A DNA stretch of 46,411 nucleotides from a virus (Duplodnaviria; Caudoviricetes), in the IMG/VR virus record IMGVR_UViG_3300037461_001781, positions 1 to 46,411 of that record; one strand, written 5' to 3'. This document shows positions 29,779 through 37,577 of the stretch, piece after piece (position 1 is the first letter of the stretch; each line of letters starts with the position of its first letter). The translations under genes and the position numbers were made by a program. The notes beneath the pieces were generated by a model. The model saw only the letters and a list, made by a program, of their open reading frames with translations. It made no database searches and was not told the origin of the DNA.

Positions 29779-30210
29779 TTAAAACGAAGTGGCGATAGTC
29801 TCTAAAATAAATGAGACGCAAATTTTTAAAGCCTTTGCTTTCTTATTCGTCAACTTTAAAACTATAGGTGTTGAAAACCTAACATTAGCTAGATTGTTAG
29901 CCGGTAGTAAAATAAAGTCTTCGAAGACAACAGCCGCAACTTCAGCCGAACCAGAAATCGTGCCAGAACTTTGTGATACCCCACCAGAATGTAACGAACC
30001 TTCCGCATATGGAGTACCCGCCCAACGCCCGCCATAAAACACCTCCCACTCCAAATTTCCAGCTTCAGTTATCACCCCAGATGACGTAACAAAAATAGAA
30101 AGTCCGCGAATAGGAACACTTGTAGGTGCAGACCAAATTCGTACTGAATCACCAGCCACGCCAGAAGCTTCAAGCACAACTTCTCTGTTTGTTTGTATAA
30201 ATTGACCCAT
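29779..30210 (-). CDS. Small all-beta protein (143 aa), possible virion accessory
   Basis: ORF with GGAG SD; beta-rich composition. Confidence 0.55.
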   Translation of the reverse strand: MGQFIQTNREVVLEASGVAGDSVRIWSAPTSVPIRGLSIFVTSSGVITEAGNLEWEVFYGGRWAGTPYAEGSLHSGGVSQSSGTISGSAEVAAVVFEDFILLPANNLANVRFSTPIVLKLTNKKAKALKICVSFILETIATSF

Positions 30211-30245
30211 TTTTTTAGCTCCATATTAAAAAATAGTTAATTTCT

Positions 30246-30273
30246 ATTATAACATAAATTAATAGGAAATCAA
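30246..30273 (-). promoter_or_regulatory. Sigma70-like promoter with extended -10
   Basis: TTGATT (30273-30268), 16-nt spacer, TGt-TATAAT (30251-30246). Confidence 0.55.
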
Positions 30274-30307
30274 TAAAGAAATAAAGAGGGCTGGAAAAAA
30301 ACTAAAA

Positions 30308-31129
30308 TTAGTTATCTGCAGTAAGTTCTAAAATAGCCTGAGCTGCTAAATTCTTTACCTTATCGTAGATACCATTTGATTGAACAAATGACCAATCATG
30401 AATACTCAAATCCGGGCCAAGGCTCTTTAATTCTTCAACAAAATCAAACTCAGAAACACGTTCATCCTCCATTTCAGGCATTGCTAGTGCACATAAGCCA
30501 GTAACCCTAGAATTAATTTCAACCCTTTTTTCAAGATTTTCAAAATTCTCTTTATAAGGCTGCTCATGTTTTACGGGAGTAACCGGATCTCTGACCTTTG
30601 CAGTAAGATTATACAAAAGCTGCTCAGCAGAATCAATTTCCTCCTCTATAGTAGTACCATTAGATGCTGCAGCCCCTTCATAATAATTAATAAAATCTTC
30701 CTCCTCTAACAATACCAAAATTTGAGGTCTTCTCATCAAAAGCTTCCTAAAATCCGTGCTGTACTTAATAGACTCAAACGGTAAATGTGATGTTAGATTA
30801 TAAGGTTTTCTCGTATTGGGTAGTGTTATAAACTCTTTTTGCCCGCCGTTCATAAAACTCAGTGAAATCTGCGTGCCACCAACATTTTGAATAAAAACCT
30901 CTCTTTCAGACTTAAAATAATTTGTAAAATTATTGTACGTATTTTTCCTCTGTGTGATTTTAGCCATGTCGAAACACCTTTCTCCCTCTAATAGTTTGAT
31001 CATAAAGGGGTTTTTGTTAAAAACAAGAGCTTTGCCTTTTTTGATTAAAATCCGAGCTTTGGCGGGATTTGTGCTAGAAATAAACCTGTTATATTGATCT
31101 AAAACAGGAACTAGAACATCTTTAGACAT
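30308..31129 (-). CDS. Protein with N-terminal PLMP/RRXRR (IscB N-terminal-like) domain fused to an unknown domain; 273 aa from ATG 31129
   Basis: VPVLDQYNRFISSTNPAKARILIKKGKALVFNKNPFMIKL matches the VxVLD...P(A)xARxLLKxGKAxV....PFxIxL pattern; GGAGGT SD; no RuvC/HNH motifs downstream. Confidence 0.75.
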   Translation of the reverse strand: MSKDVLVPVLDQYNRFISSTNPAKARILIKKGKALVFNKNPFMIKLLEGERCFDMAKITQRKNTYNNFTNYFKSEREVFIQNVGGTQISLSFMNGGQKEFITLPNTRKPYNLTSHLPFESIKYSTDFRKLLMRRPQILVLLEEEDFINYYEGAAASNGTTIEEEIDSAEQLLYNLTAKVRDPVTPVKHEQPYKENFENLEKRVEINSRVTGLCALAMPEMEDERVSEFDFVEELKSLGPDLSIHDWSFVQSNGIYDKVKNLAAQAILELTADN

Positions 31130-31160
31130 AGCTCTCGCTAACCTCCTCAAAAATAGAGGG

Positions 31161-31198
31161 TAAAAATTAGTAAGGGGTTGTGTGCAACCCCTTACTAA
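31161..31198 (-). terminator. Intrinsic terminator after the major capsid gene
   Basis: Perfect 14-bp inverted repeat TTAGTAAGGGGTTG / CAACCCCTTACTAA (31167-31198), 4-nt loop, then TTTTT on the minus strand. Confidence 0.85.
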
Positions 31199-31208
31199 AA
31201 ATAATTAA

Positions 31209-32387
31209 TTATTTTTGCCCTTTTGCAACAGCTTTAGCATTAGGCAAACCAAAACCGATCATTTCAATGAACGCCCAACCTTTTACGAATTCTTTAACTG
31301 CATACTTATTATAAGGTTCAGATTGAAGCGGGATTCTTTCACCCAATTCGCCCAAATAATCCGGACCTGTAACGGCATAAAAAGTACCAGCAGGGATAAC
31401 TTCTTCCACACCAGTTCCAGCAGATGTAATAATTTGAGCATTAAGAATGTTACCAATATAACCAGCCAACAATAGTTCTCGCTCAGTAACCGGGTCAACC
31501 GCAGAAGACATGGTTTTCACGATGTCGCTAACTTCAGCACGAGAAATTAGGAATTTCTCGACGATCAAACGATGTCTCTCAACTTGAAAACGAACATCCT
31601 CAAATGCCCCAATTTCAAGACTTGCAAAAGAAGTAACGCTATTTACTGCGCTAGAAGCTCTATCTATCAGATTTATACCTGCCCGATCTTCTTGAAGTTC
31701 AATTTCCTGTCTTGCAGTGTCTTGCGCCCTTTCAAGAACATCAAAATTCATTTGATAGATATCCTGAATATCAATTGTCGGCATAGACGAAACTTTAAAC
31801 TCTTCCGGAGTAATCCATGTGGTTTTAATTCTTGCTTCTGGAGTTTGACCATCCTGGCCAATAACATAAGCAACACTTCGAATATCTTTAGGAATCCTAA
31901 AAAGTTCAGCTTGACTAAGTTTTCTAACTCTAAAGACTTTTCGCATAAAACCTTCATAATCAAGAATAACCTTAATCGGAAGCGCTAGTTGCTGACCAAT
32001 GACATGCATGCCATGACCACTTGGGTCTTGCAAAGCCGCCGATAGAACACGTCGTTGCTCATCCCGAGTAAATCTACTATCAGGATTATACATGGACAGT
32101 TTATTTGCATTCTTTTTTGTAGTCGCAAAAAGATGTTGAATTTGTTGAAGAGCGTCTTTTTTGTCATAAGCATTTAGCTCTCCCTTATCATCAAACATCC
32201 TTCGGTCTTCAGCTCTACTAGCTTCTTTCGAAGAAGGAGCATCATAAGCTTGAGGGTTAAATTCGCCGGATTCATCAAAGATAGCTTCGTCTTGCTTTTC
32301 TTCAAGATGCGTCTTAGGTCTTGCAGCCAAGCGTCTTGACGCACTCTGTGCATTGGTTATTTTTCTGTATGGATTTTGATAACTCAT
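31209..32387 (-). CDS. Major capsid protein, HK97 fold (392 aa)
   Basis: IGQQLALPIKVILDYEGFMRKV, PEEFKVSSMPTIDIQDI...DVLERAQDTARQEIELQED motifs; follows protease/scaffold/decoration genes; AGGAG SD; strong terminator after. Confidence 0.85.
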   Translation of the reverse strand: MSYQNPYRKITNAQSASRRLAARPKTHLEEKQDEAIFDESGEFNPQAYDAPSSKEASRAEDRRMFDDKGELNAYDKKDALQQIQHLFATTKKNANKLSMYNPDSRFTRDEQRRVLSAALQDPSGHGMHVIGQQLALPIKVILDYEGFMRKVFRVRKLSQAELFRIPKDIRSVAYVIGQDGQTPEARIKTTWITPEEFKVSSMPTIDIQDIYQMNFDVLERAQDTARQEIELQEDRAGINLIDRASSAVNSVTSFASLEIGAFEDVRFQVERHRLIVEKFLISRAEVSDIVKTMSSAVDPVTERELLLAGYIGNILNAQIITSAGTGVEEVIPAGTFYAVTGPDYLGELGERIPLQSEPYNKYAVKEFVKGWAFIEMIGFGLPNAKAVAKGQK

Positions 32388-32405
32388 TTTTATCTCCTAT
32401 TCTTC

Positions 32406-33146
32406 TTACTTAAAGCTTACGCCCAAAAAAGGATCATCCGGAGTAGGAACTTGAATGACTGTGCCTACTACAGCGCCCGCTCCACCTTTTGTGAACAACC
32501 CGGAAAGACCTGCAGCTGTGGTACCAGCCGTAAGTACATCCCCAATACCATAGGTTTGCGTAGGATCATATGCAGTTACAAAAATAGCAGAAGCAGGAGA
32601 CTCTACTACACTTACCTTATCGCCTTGAATGCTTACATCATCAGAAAAATTCCAAAAATTGTAACCATCTCTGTTTAACTCAGACGGAAGAAGCGCATAC
32701 TGATAATTAACGAATACAAACGCGCCATCAGCAATAGCTCCCGTTGCAACTCTCGTTACCGTACCATTTGTTGGATTAAAGGTGTAATCCGTAGTAACGG
32801 CATAAGGTGCACCAGTAAGAGCTTGCCCTACTCTAATACCGGCTGTTAGCAAACTAGCATGAGCCAACGAAGATGGCACAACTCCGTTCAATTGTATGTA
32901 TTCCCCAACAACTGCAGCATAGAAACTTACTGCTTTATTGTAACGAGAAACTCCAAACACTTTTGTGCCGTCACACCTTACAACATTCCCGTCCGAATCT
33001 TTACTAACCAGCATTCCAGCTTCAAATGTAGCCGTCAATGCTGCAACATGGTGCCCGTAGCATACCAACCATTGAGATCTTTGGTGATCAAAGCCACGAG
33101 CTACATCGCTAATGCGAAGTGCTTCTACTCTTGAATCAAACGTCAT
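32406..33146 (-). CDS. Head decoration/cement protein with inserted domain (246 aa)
   Basis: Directly upstream of MCP; FEAGMLV..., YDPTQTYGIGDVL..., VVGTVIQVPTPDDPFLGV beta-tulip-like motifs. Confidence 0.65.
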   Translation of the reverse strand: MTFDSRVEALRISDVARGFDHQRSQWLVCYGHHVAALTATFEAGMLVSKDSDGNVVRCDGTKVFGVSRYNKAVSFYAAVVGEYIQLNGVVPSSLAHASLLTAGIRVGQALTGAPYAVTTDYTFNPTNGTVTRVATGAIADGAFVFVNYQYALLPSELNRDGYNFWNFSDDVSIQGDKVSVVESPASAIFVTAYDPTQTYGIGDVLTAGTTAAGLSGLFTKGGAGAVVGTVIQVPTPDDPFLGVSFK

Positions 33147-33149
33147 TTT

Positions 33150-35012
33150 TTACGCTCCTTTTCTAGAATTAACATTTAAAAGCCTTTTAGCTCTTTTAGC
33201 CAAAAATGTGTTATTAATAGCTAATTCCGAATCATCAGTGTTATCGCTATTAAACTCGGAGATATCAACTCCAAAATCTGATTTAATTGAAAAATTACCT
33301 TCTTTTGCTACCTTTTTTAATTCTTCACTCCTTTTAGACTTTTTCCTTTGCAAATCAACCTCAACTGGTTTAGTAGAAACATTTTCGAGGTCTGATTCCA
33401 AGTCAACTAAATATTCATCACTCTTTTTCATTAATGAATGAGTTCTCTCTAAAATAAGATTAACAAATGCATCATGACCAATTTGTGCTATCCGCTCTGT
33501 AAGTTCAACTGCGTCTCTCTCCTCCATACCAGCATATTCAACTCCATCTGAAAACCTCAGAGAGTTGTCAACCAATATATCAACAGCAGCAGCTTTAAAT
33601 GGGTGCTCATCATAATTTAGCTCCATCCGCTTAGCCGCCAGTTTAAAAGCTCTAATAAATTTTTTTATAAAAACGTCAACAGCGTCTTTCGCCATCTTTT
33701 CAGCACGGTTAGCATACAATCTCTGATAATAAATAGAAGCTTCTTTAAAGTTTACCTCAGAATCAGAAAGAACATCCTCTTCTTGTTTATCTATTTTCTC
33801 TTCTGTTACAACACCCTCAGCCCCACCAATTGAATCAATAAGTTTCTTTTTCTCTAAAGCAATTTCATCGTCAACATCATCTAACACGCTTTCAGAAGGA
33901 GCATCTGGTTGTTCTTCAGCGCTAATAAACATATCATCAGAAACATCGGATTTAAGATCCTCGATAGGCTCCTTTATTACATCCTCTGCCCACTCAGTCA
34001 CTGGCTTTTTTGCTTCTTCAATTTTTTCATCAAAATTTACAATAACATCAGAATCTGCACCACCAACAAGAGCAGCACCAAATTTTAATGCAGCAGATTT
34101 AAAACCATCATATATAATATGCCCGTAAACCTTATTAGCAAATCTTCTTAAGTTATTTGCACTCTCTCTATCTTTATTTTTTGGAGTAGCAAGAAATACT
34201 AATTTTCCATCATAATAAGCTAAAATATCTTTATTTGCAGTTATTTTAACTTTTACTTTAGCTGCAAGATAAGGCTCTTTAATTCCCATGTTAATATCCA
34301 ACTTTCCTTCATCTAAAGAATCATTTTCAGATAATTTATCTTTCAAGGAAGAAAGATCTTCTTCAAATTCCTCATTAGATTCTTTTTCCAATAAATCCAA
34401 CTTATTATCTAACTTCTTCTTTTCAGGAATAATATCCAACTCTTTTTTTTCTTTTAAATCAACTTTATCTTTTACTTCTGGTTTTTTACCAAAGCCTATT
34501 TCTGGCTTATCTTCTGGTTTTTTACCAAAGCCTATTTCTGGCTTATCTTCTGGTTTTTTATCAAAGCCTATTTCTGGCTTATCTTCTGGTTTTTTATCAA
34601 AGCCCTTTTCTGGCTTATCTTCTGGTTTTTTATCAAAGCCCTTTTCTGGCTTATCCGAAAAAATGTCAGACTTTCCAAAACCATGACTACCAGCAGAATC
34701 ATCCTTTAAATCAACAACATCCGGACCTACAGCACCTAAACCATCCTCTTTATTAGGCAGCACCCCACTATCCTTTAAAAACGATAAAATCATAGAAAAA
34801 GCTTCGTCTGGGTTTTCAGCAGATTTTAATTTTGACAAAAAATCCTCAAAACCTTTCGGAATAGGTTCAGCTTTTTTAGAGGAAAAAGAACTATTTAACA
34901 GAGATCTCGTCTCAGCTTCTATAATATCTTTTTCTTCAGCAGTAAGCGAAAGAGCCCCTTTATTATGAATGTCCATAACTGTTTTAAACAAATCAATTTT
35001 TTCTATTTTCAT
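33150..35012 (-). CDS. Acidic scaffold / head assembly protein (620 aa)
   Basis: D/E/K-rich low-complexity protein between protease and decoration/MCP. Confidence 0.6.
   Translation of the reverse strand: MKIEKIDLFKTVMDIHNKGALSLTAEEKDIIEAETRSLLNSSFSSKKAEPIPKGFEDFLSKLKSAENPDEAFSMILSFLKDSGVLPNKEDGLGAVGPDVVDLKDDSAGSHGFGKSDIFSDKPEKGFDKKPEDKPEKGFDKKPEDKPEIGFDKKPEDKPEIGFGKKPEDKPEIGFGKKPEVKDKVDLKEKKELDIIPEKKKLDNKLDLLEKESNEEFEEDLSSLKDKLSENDSLDEGKLDINMGIKEPYLAAKVKVKITANKDILAYYDGKLVFLATPKNKDRESANNLRRFANKVYGHIIYDGFKSAALKFGAALVGGADSDVIVNFDEKIEEAKKPVTEWAEDVIKEPIEDLKSDVSDDMFISAEEQPDAPSESVLDDVDDEIALEKKKLIDSIGGAEGVVTEEKIDKQEEDVLSDSEVNFKEASIYYQRLYANRAEKMAKDAVDVFIKKFIRAFKLAAKRMELNYDEHPFKAAAVDILVDNSLRFSDGVEYAGMEERDAVELTERIAQIGHDAFVNLILERTHSLMKKSDEYLVDLESDLENVSTKPVEVDLQRKKSKRSEELKKVAKEGNFSIKSDFGVDISEFNSDNTDDSELAINNTFLAKRAKRLLNVNSRKGA
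34476..34655. repeat. Tandem repeat, 5 x 36 bp, in frame (DKPE[K/I]GF[D/G]KKPE)
   Basis: Unit ttctggttttttaycaaagccywtttctggcttatc repeated five times with no spacers. Confidence 0.95.
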
Positions 35013-35928
35013 TAGCTTCCTCTTTTAAAAAGTTATTGACCATTTTAGCCAAACTTACTGGAAATTCTTTTGCATGTTTTATGTAAAAAGATGCTATTTC
35101 ACTTAAATCTGAAGTAGACAACTTATTCTCTGAAGCAGCCTTACTAAAAATCTCCAATATATTATCTTGAATTATTGCTGTTTTATCTGCAGGGTCAGAT
35201 ACAACTGAGAGTTCTTGAAAAATAGTACCATTGCATAGCTCTCCAGCTAACCTATCTAAACCATCCGCCATTTTATAGACACTTCTTTTATGCTTCCCTA
35301 TAATATGTGGGCAAAAATCCCATGATGACCTTGCAACATTTCCACAAATGTTACATGTCGTAGACTCAACATCCGCCCCCATAGAAAAAGTTTTTATTGA
35401 ACCAGATTTATACGCTTGCGCTAATTTAGGATCTTTAGACTGATCTACTGCAAGTATAACCTCTACAAACACATCTTTTGTTGGTTCATGCCCTATAGTC
35501 TGCAAGACTGCTTCTTTAGTAAAATCATCAGCATCATTATCTAAATTTAAATGAGAATCTAAAATTACCCCTCTAGCTACCTCAAACTTACTAGAATTAT
35601 GTTCTACAAAGTGCGGTTTATTATTATATGTAGAATAGGTTCTACAGCCTAACTCTGGTCTAAAATTTGAAATTTCTTTAAAAGTCCAACCATCTAAATT
35701 AGAATTAAATCTACCAACACTATTAGCTCTTGCAGGAATTAATAAATAATTTGAAGGATCTCTGCTAATTTTATAAAAATCAGCTACCGCATCAAGTTTT
35801 TCTTCTAGATTAATAGAAACATCGTTATCTATATAATAAGAATAAATCTTATTATTGGCAGTTTTTCTTTTACTTTCTTTAGAAAAAAAGCCTAATATTT
35901 CAACAGAAGAAATTTTTTTAAAAGGCAT
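34993..35928 (-). CDS. Prohead (capsid maturation) protease, 311 aa from ATG 35928
   Basis: NSNLDGW, PHFVEHN, FSMGADVESTTCNICGN...CPHI, FQELSVVSDPAD motifs; GAGG SD before MPFKK. Confidence 0.8.
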   Translation of the reverse strand: MPFKKISSVEILGFFSKESKRKTANNKIYSYYIDNDVSINLEEKLDAVADFYKISRDPSNYLLIPARANSVGRFNSNLDGWTFKEISNFRPELGCRTYSTYNNKPHFVEHNSSKFEVARGVILDSHLNLDNDADDFTKEAVLQTIGHEPTKDVFVEVILAVDQSKDPKLAQAYKSGSIKTFSMGADVESTTCNICGNVARSSWDFCPHIIGKHKRSVYKMADGLDRLAGELCNGTIFQELSVVSDPADKTAIIQDNILEIFSKAASENKLSTSDLSEIASFYIKHAKEFPVSLAKMVNNFLKEEANENRKN

Positions 35929-36054
35929 TAAGTCCTCTACTTTCAAAAAACAAAAAATTTTGATAAAAATAAAATTTCAGAAATGCATAAAATTATTAAT
36001 AATTTTTCAAACTACTTAAAAAAAGAAGAAACATAGATAGATATAATCTGTATA

Positions 36055-36083
36055 ATTATACCATAAAAAAGAAAAGCTTATAA
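36055..36083 (-). promoter_or_regulatory. Extended -10 promoter upstream of the protease-scaffold-capsid operon
   Basis: TGg-TATAAT (36060-36055) with weak -35 TTATAA 17 nt upstream; AT-rich context lowers specificity. Confidence 0.45.
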
Positions 36084-36107
36084 AAAATACGTAAAAAAAT
36101 TATTTTT

Positions 36108-36416
36108 TTAATTTTTTAAAATTTTTTTAACCAATTCAGAAAAATCTCCCTCAAACAAATATTCAGAAAAAGACCAACTTTCACAACAAGCCCTTTTCAA
36201 AACAATATCTGACCAGGAAGGATTAGTAACATCCAACCGAAAATACCTTAACTCATTGTTAATTTTTCTAAAAACCCCTTTATTAAAATTTACAGAATAG
36301 CAAAAAGCATCATAAAATGCTTTCGACTTAGACTTAATTGAGTATTCGCTCTTCAAATAAGAATGTCCAACAACGGCAACAGGAATCCTACCCTTATTTA
36401 CAATAAAATATTTCAA
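36108..36416 (-). CDS. Hypothetical protein (102 aa)
   Basis: TTG start overlaps the TGA of the upstream 40-aa ORF (TTGA coupling). Confidence 0.55.
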   Translation of the reverse strand: MKYFIVNKGRIPVAVVGHSYLKSEYSIKSKSKAFYDAFCYSVNFNKGVFRKINNELRYFRLDVTNPSWSDIVLKRACCESWSFSEYLFEGDFSELVKKILKN

Positions 36417-36535
36417 GATTGATGGCCCTTTTCCTCTTCTTGGTCGTCATCTTTAAGTTCAGATTCTTTTTTTTCTTCATTTAAATCAACTACAGGACCT
36501 AAAACTTCACCACAATCACCTTGTTTTTTAAACAT
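36413..36535 (-). CDS. Small acidic protein, 40 aa (MFKKQGDCGEVLGPVVDLNEEKKESELKDDDQEEEKGHQS); not in ORF track
   Basis: AAGGTGGG SD before ATG 36535; fills the gap exactly; stop overlaps the next start. Confidence 0.7.
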   Translation of the reverse strand: MFKKQGDCGEVLGPVVDLNEEKKESELKDDDQEEEKGHQS

Positions 36536-36545
36536 TTTACCCACC

Positions 36546-37577
36546 TTATTTTATAAATTCATTATGATCAAGATCATAATATACTCCGTCAAAATTAATA
36601 ACTTTTCTACCGTTAAAATAATAAAAATTATCAGAATTTTTAATAAAATTACAAATATCTAGCTCTAGTGTGCTAAGCCAACTAAATAAAAAATCAATAG
36701 GTCCGTATAAATCTACGTAACCATTATGAATATATAAAGAATCTCCACGCTCTCTTACAAAATTAGAAAAATCAAAAAAACGATCTTCACAAAAATTAAC
36801 AAAAAAAACTTTTTCAATAGAATTATACGAAAAACTATTCAACAGATCATTAAAAACAAAAAACAGCTCATTTGGAACATTAAAAAATGAAACATTATTT
36901 CTATTTACAAATCTTTTTTTATTAATTTCCCCATCAAACACATTAAAAGCTGACCTATTCCTTATAACTGGGAAAAAAATACCACTACTTTCTCCATGCA
37001 TAAAAAAGTTATTATTAGATAAACTAAGAATTAAACCCTCTGTCTTATAAACATTAAAATTATTTGAAGAACACAAGGAGCAACAATCTGATGAATAAAA
37101 CTTAACCTCTAAAAAACCCATATCAAAAAAAGCTTTTAACCTAGCTAAATTACAAACAATACCCAAATCATATTTATTTTTTTCTAAATAATCTACTAGA
37201 TTATAATCATCTAGCTGCAGAATCAAATCTTTTTCTCTAAGAGGTTTTCCAAAATTTCTTTTCGATTTAATTTTTATAAAATCAAATATGTCATAAGCCT
37301 CTTTTTTACTTTTAAAGTAAAGATCACAATAAGATACAACCTTATCTGATTTCTTAGAAAAATCAGACAGATCTTCTTCCATCAAAATCTCGTCCTCGTC
37401 AACTAACAAATTATTTTCTGAAGAAAAAACATTAAAATTGTCCAGTAGCTGCCTAAAGTCATATTGCCTCTTTTTATTTAACAAAGACTTAGACCCTTCA
37501 CCAACAAAAAAAGAATCAAAATTATTAAAATCCTTAGTATCTTCAGAACTTAACATATCTTCAAAAAAAGATTTCAT
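36546..37577 (-). CDS. Hypothetical protein with degenerate MuF/gp7-like minor head motif (343 aa)
   Basis: Immediately after portal (ATGA overlap); DCCSLC...FMHGESSGIFFPV echoes CxxC...HPNCRC..P; very AT-rich. Confidence 0.45.
   Translation of the reverse strand: MKSFFEDMLSSEDTKDFNNFDSFFVGEGSKSLLNKKRQYDFRQLLDNFNVFSSENNLLVDEDEILMEEDLSDFSKKSDKVVSYCDLYFKSKKEAYDIFDFIKIKSKRNFGKPLREKDLILQLDDYNLVDYLEKNKYDLGIVCNLARLKAFFDMGFLEVKFYSSDCCSLCSSNNFNVYKTEGLILSLSNNNFFMHGESSGIFFPVIRNRSAFNVFDGEINKKRFVNRNNVSFFNVPNELFFVFNDLLNSFSYNSIEKVFFVNFCEDRFFDFSNFVRERGDSLYIHNGYVDLYGPIDFLFSWLSTLELDICNFIKNSDNFYYFNGRKVINFDGVYYDLDHNEFIK

Noticed and set aside
31140-31161. Hairpin sequestering the SD of the PLMP gene (CCCUC...GAGGAGG)
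   Set aside because: Only 4 contiguous base pairs; too weak to claim without folding or covariation data.
30308-31208. Intact IscB/IS200-IS605 element with omegaRNA
   Set aside because: No RuvC (GIDPG), Arg-rich bridge helix or HNH motifs, and only about 80 nt lie between the MCP stop and the start, too short for an omegaRNA.
34476-34655. 36-bp repeats suggesting a CRISPR array
   Set aside because: Units are contiguous with no spacers and are in frame inside the scaffold gene.
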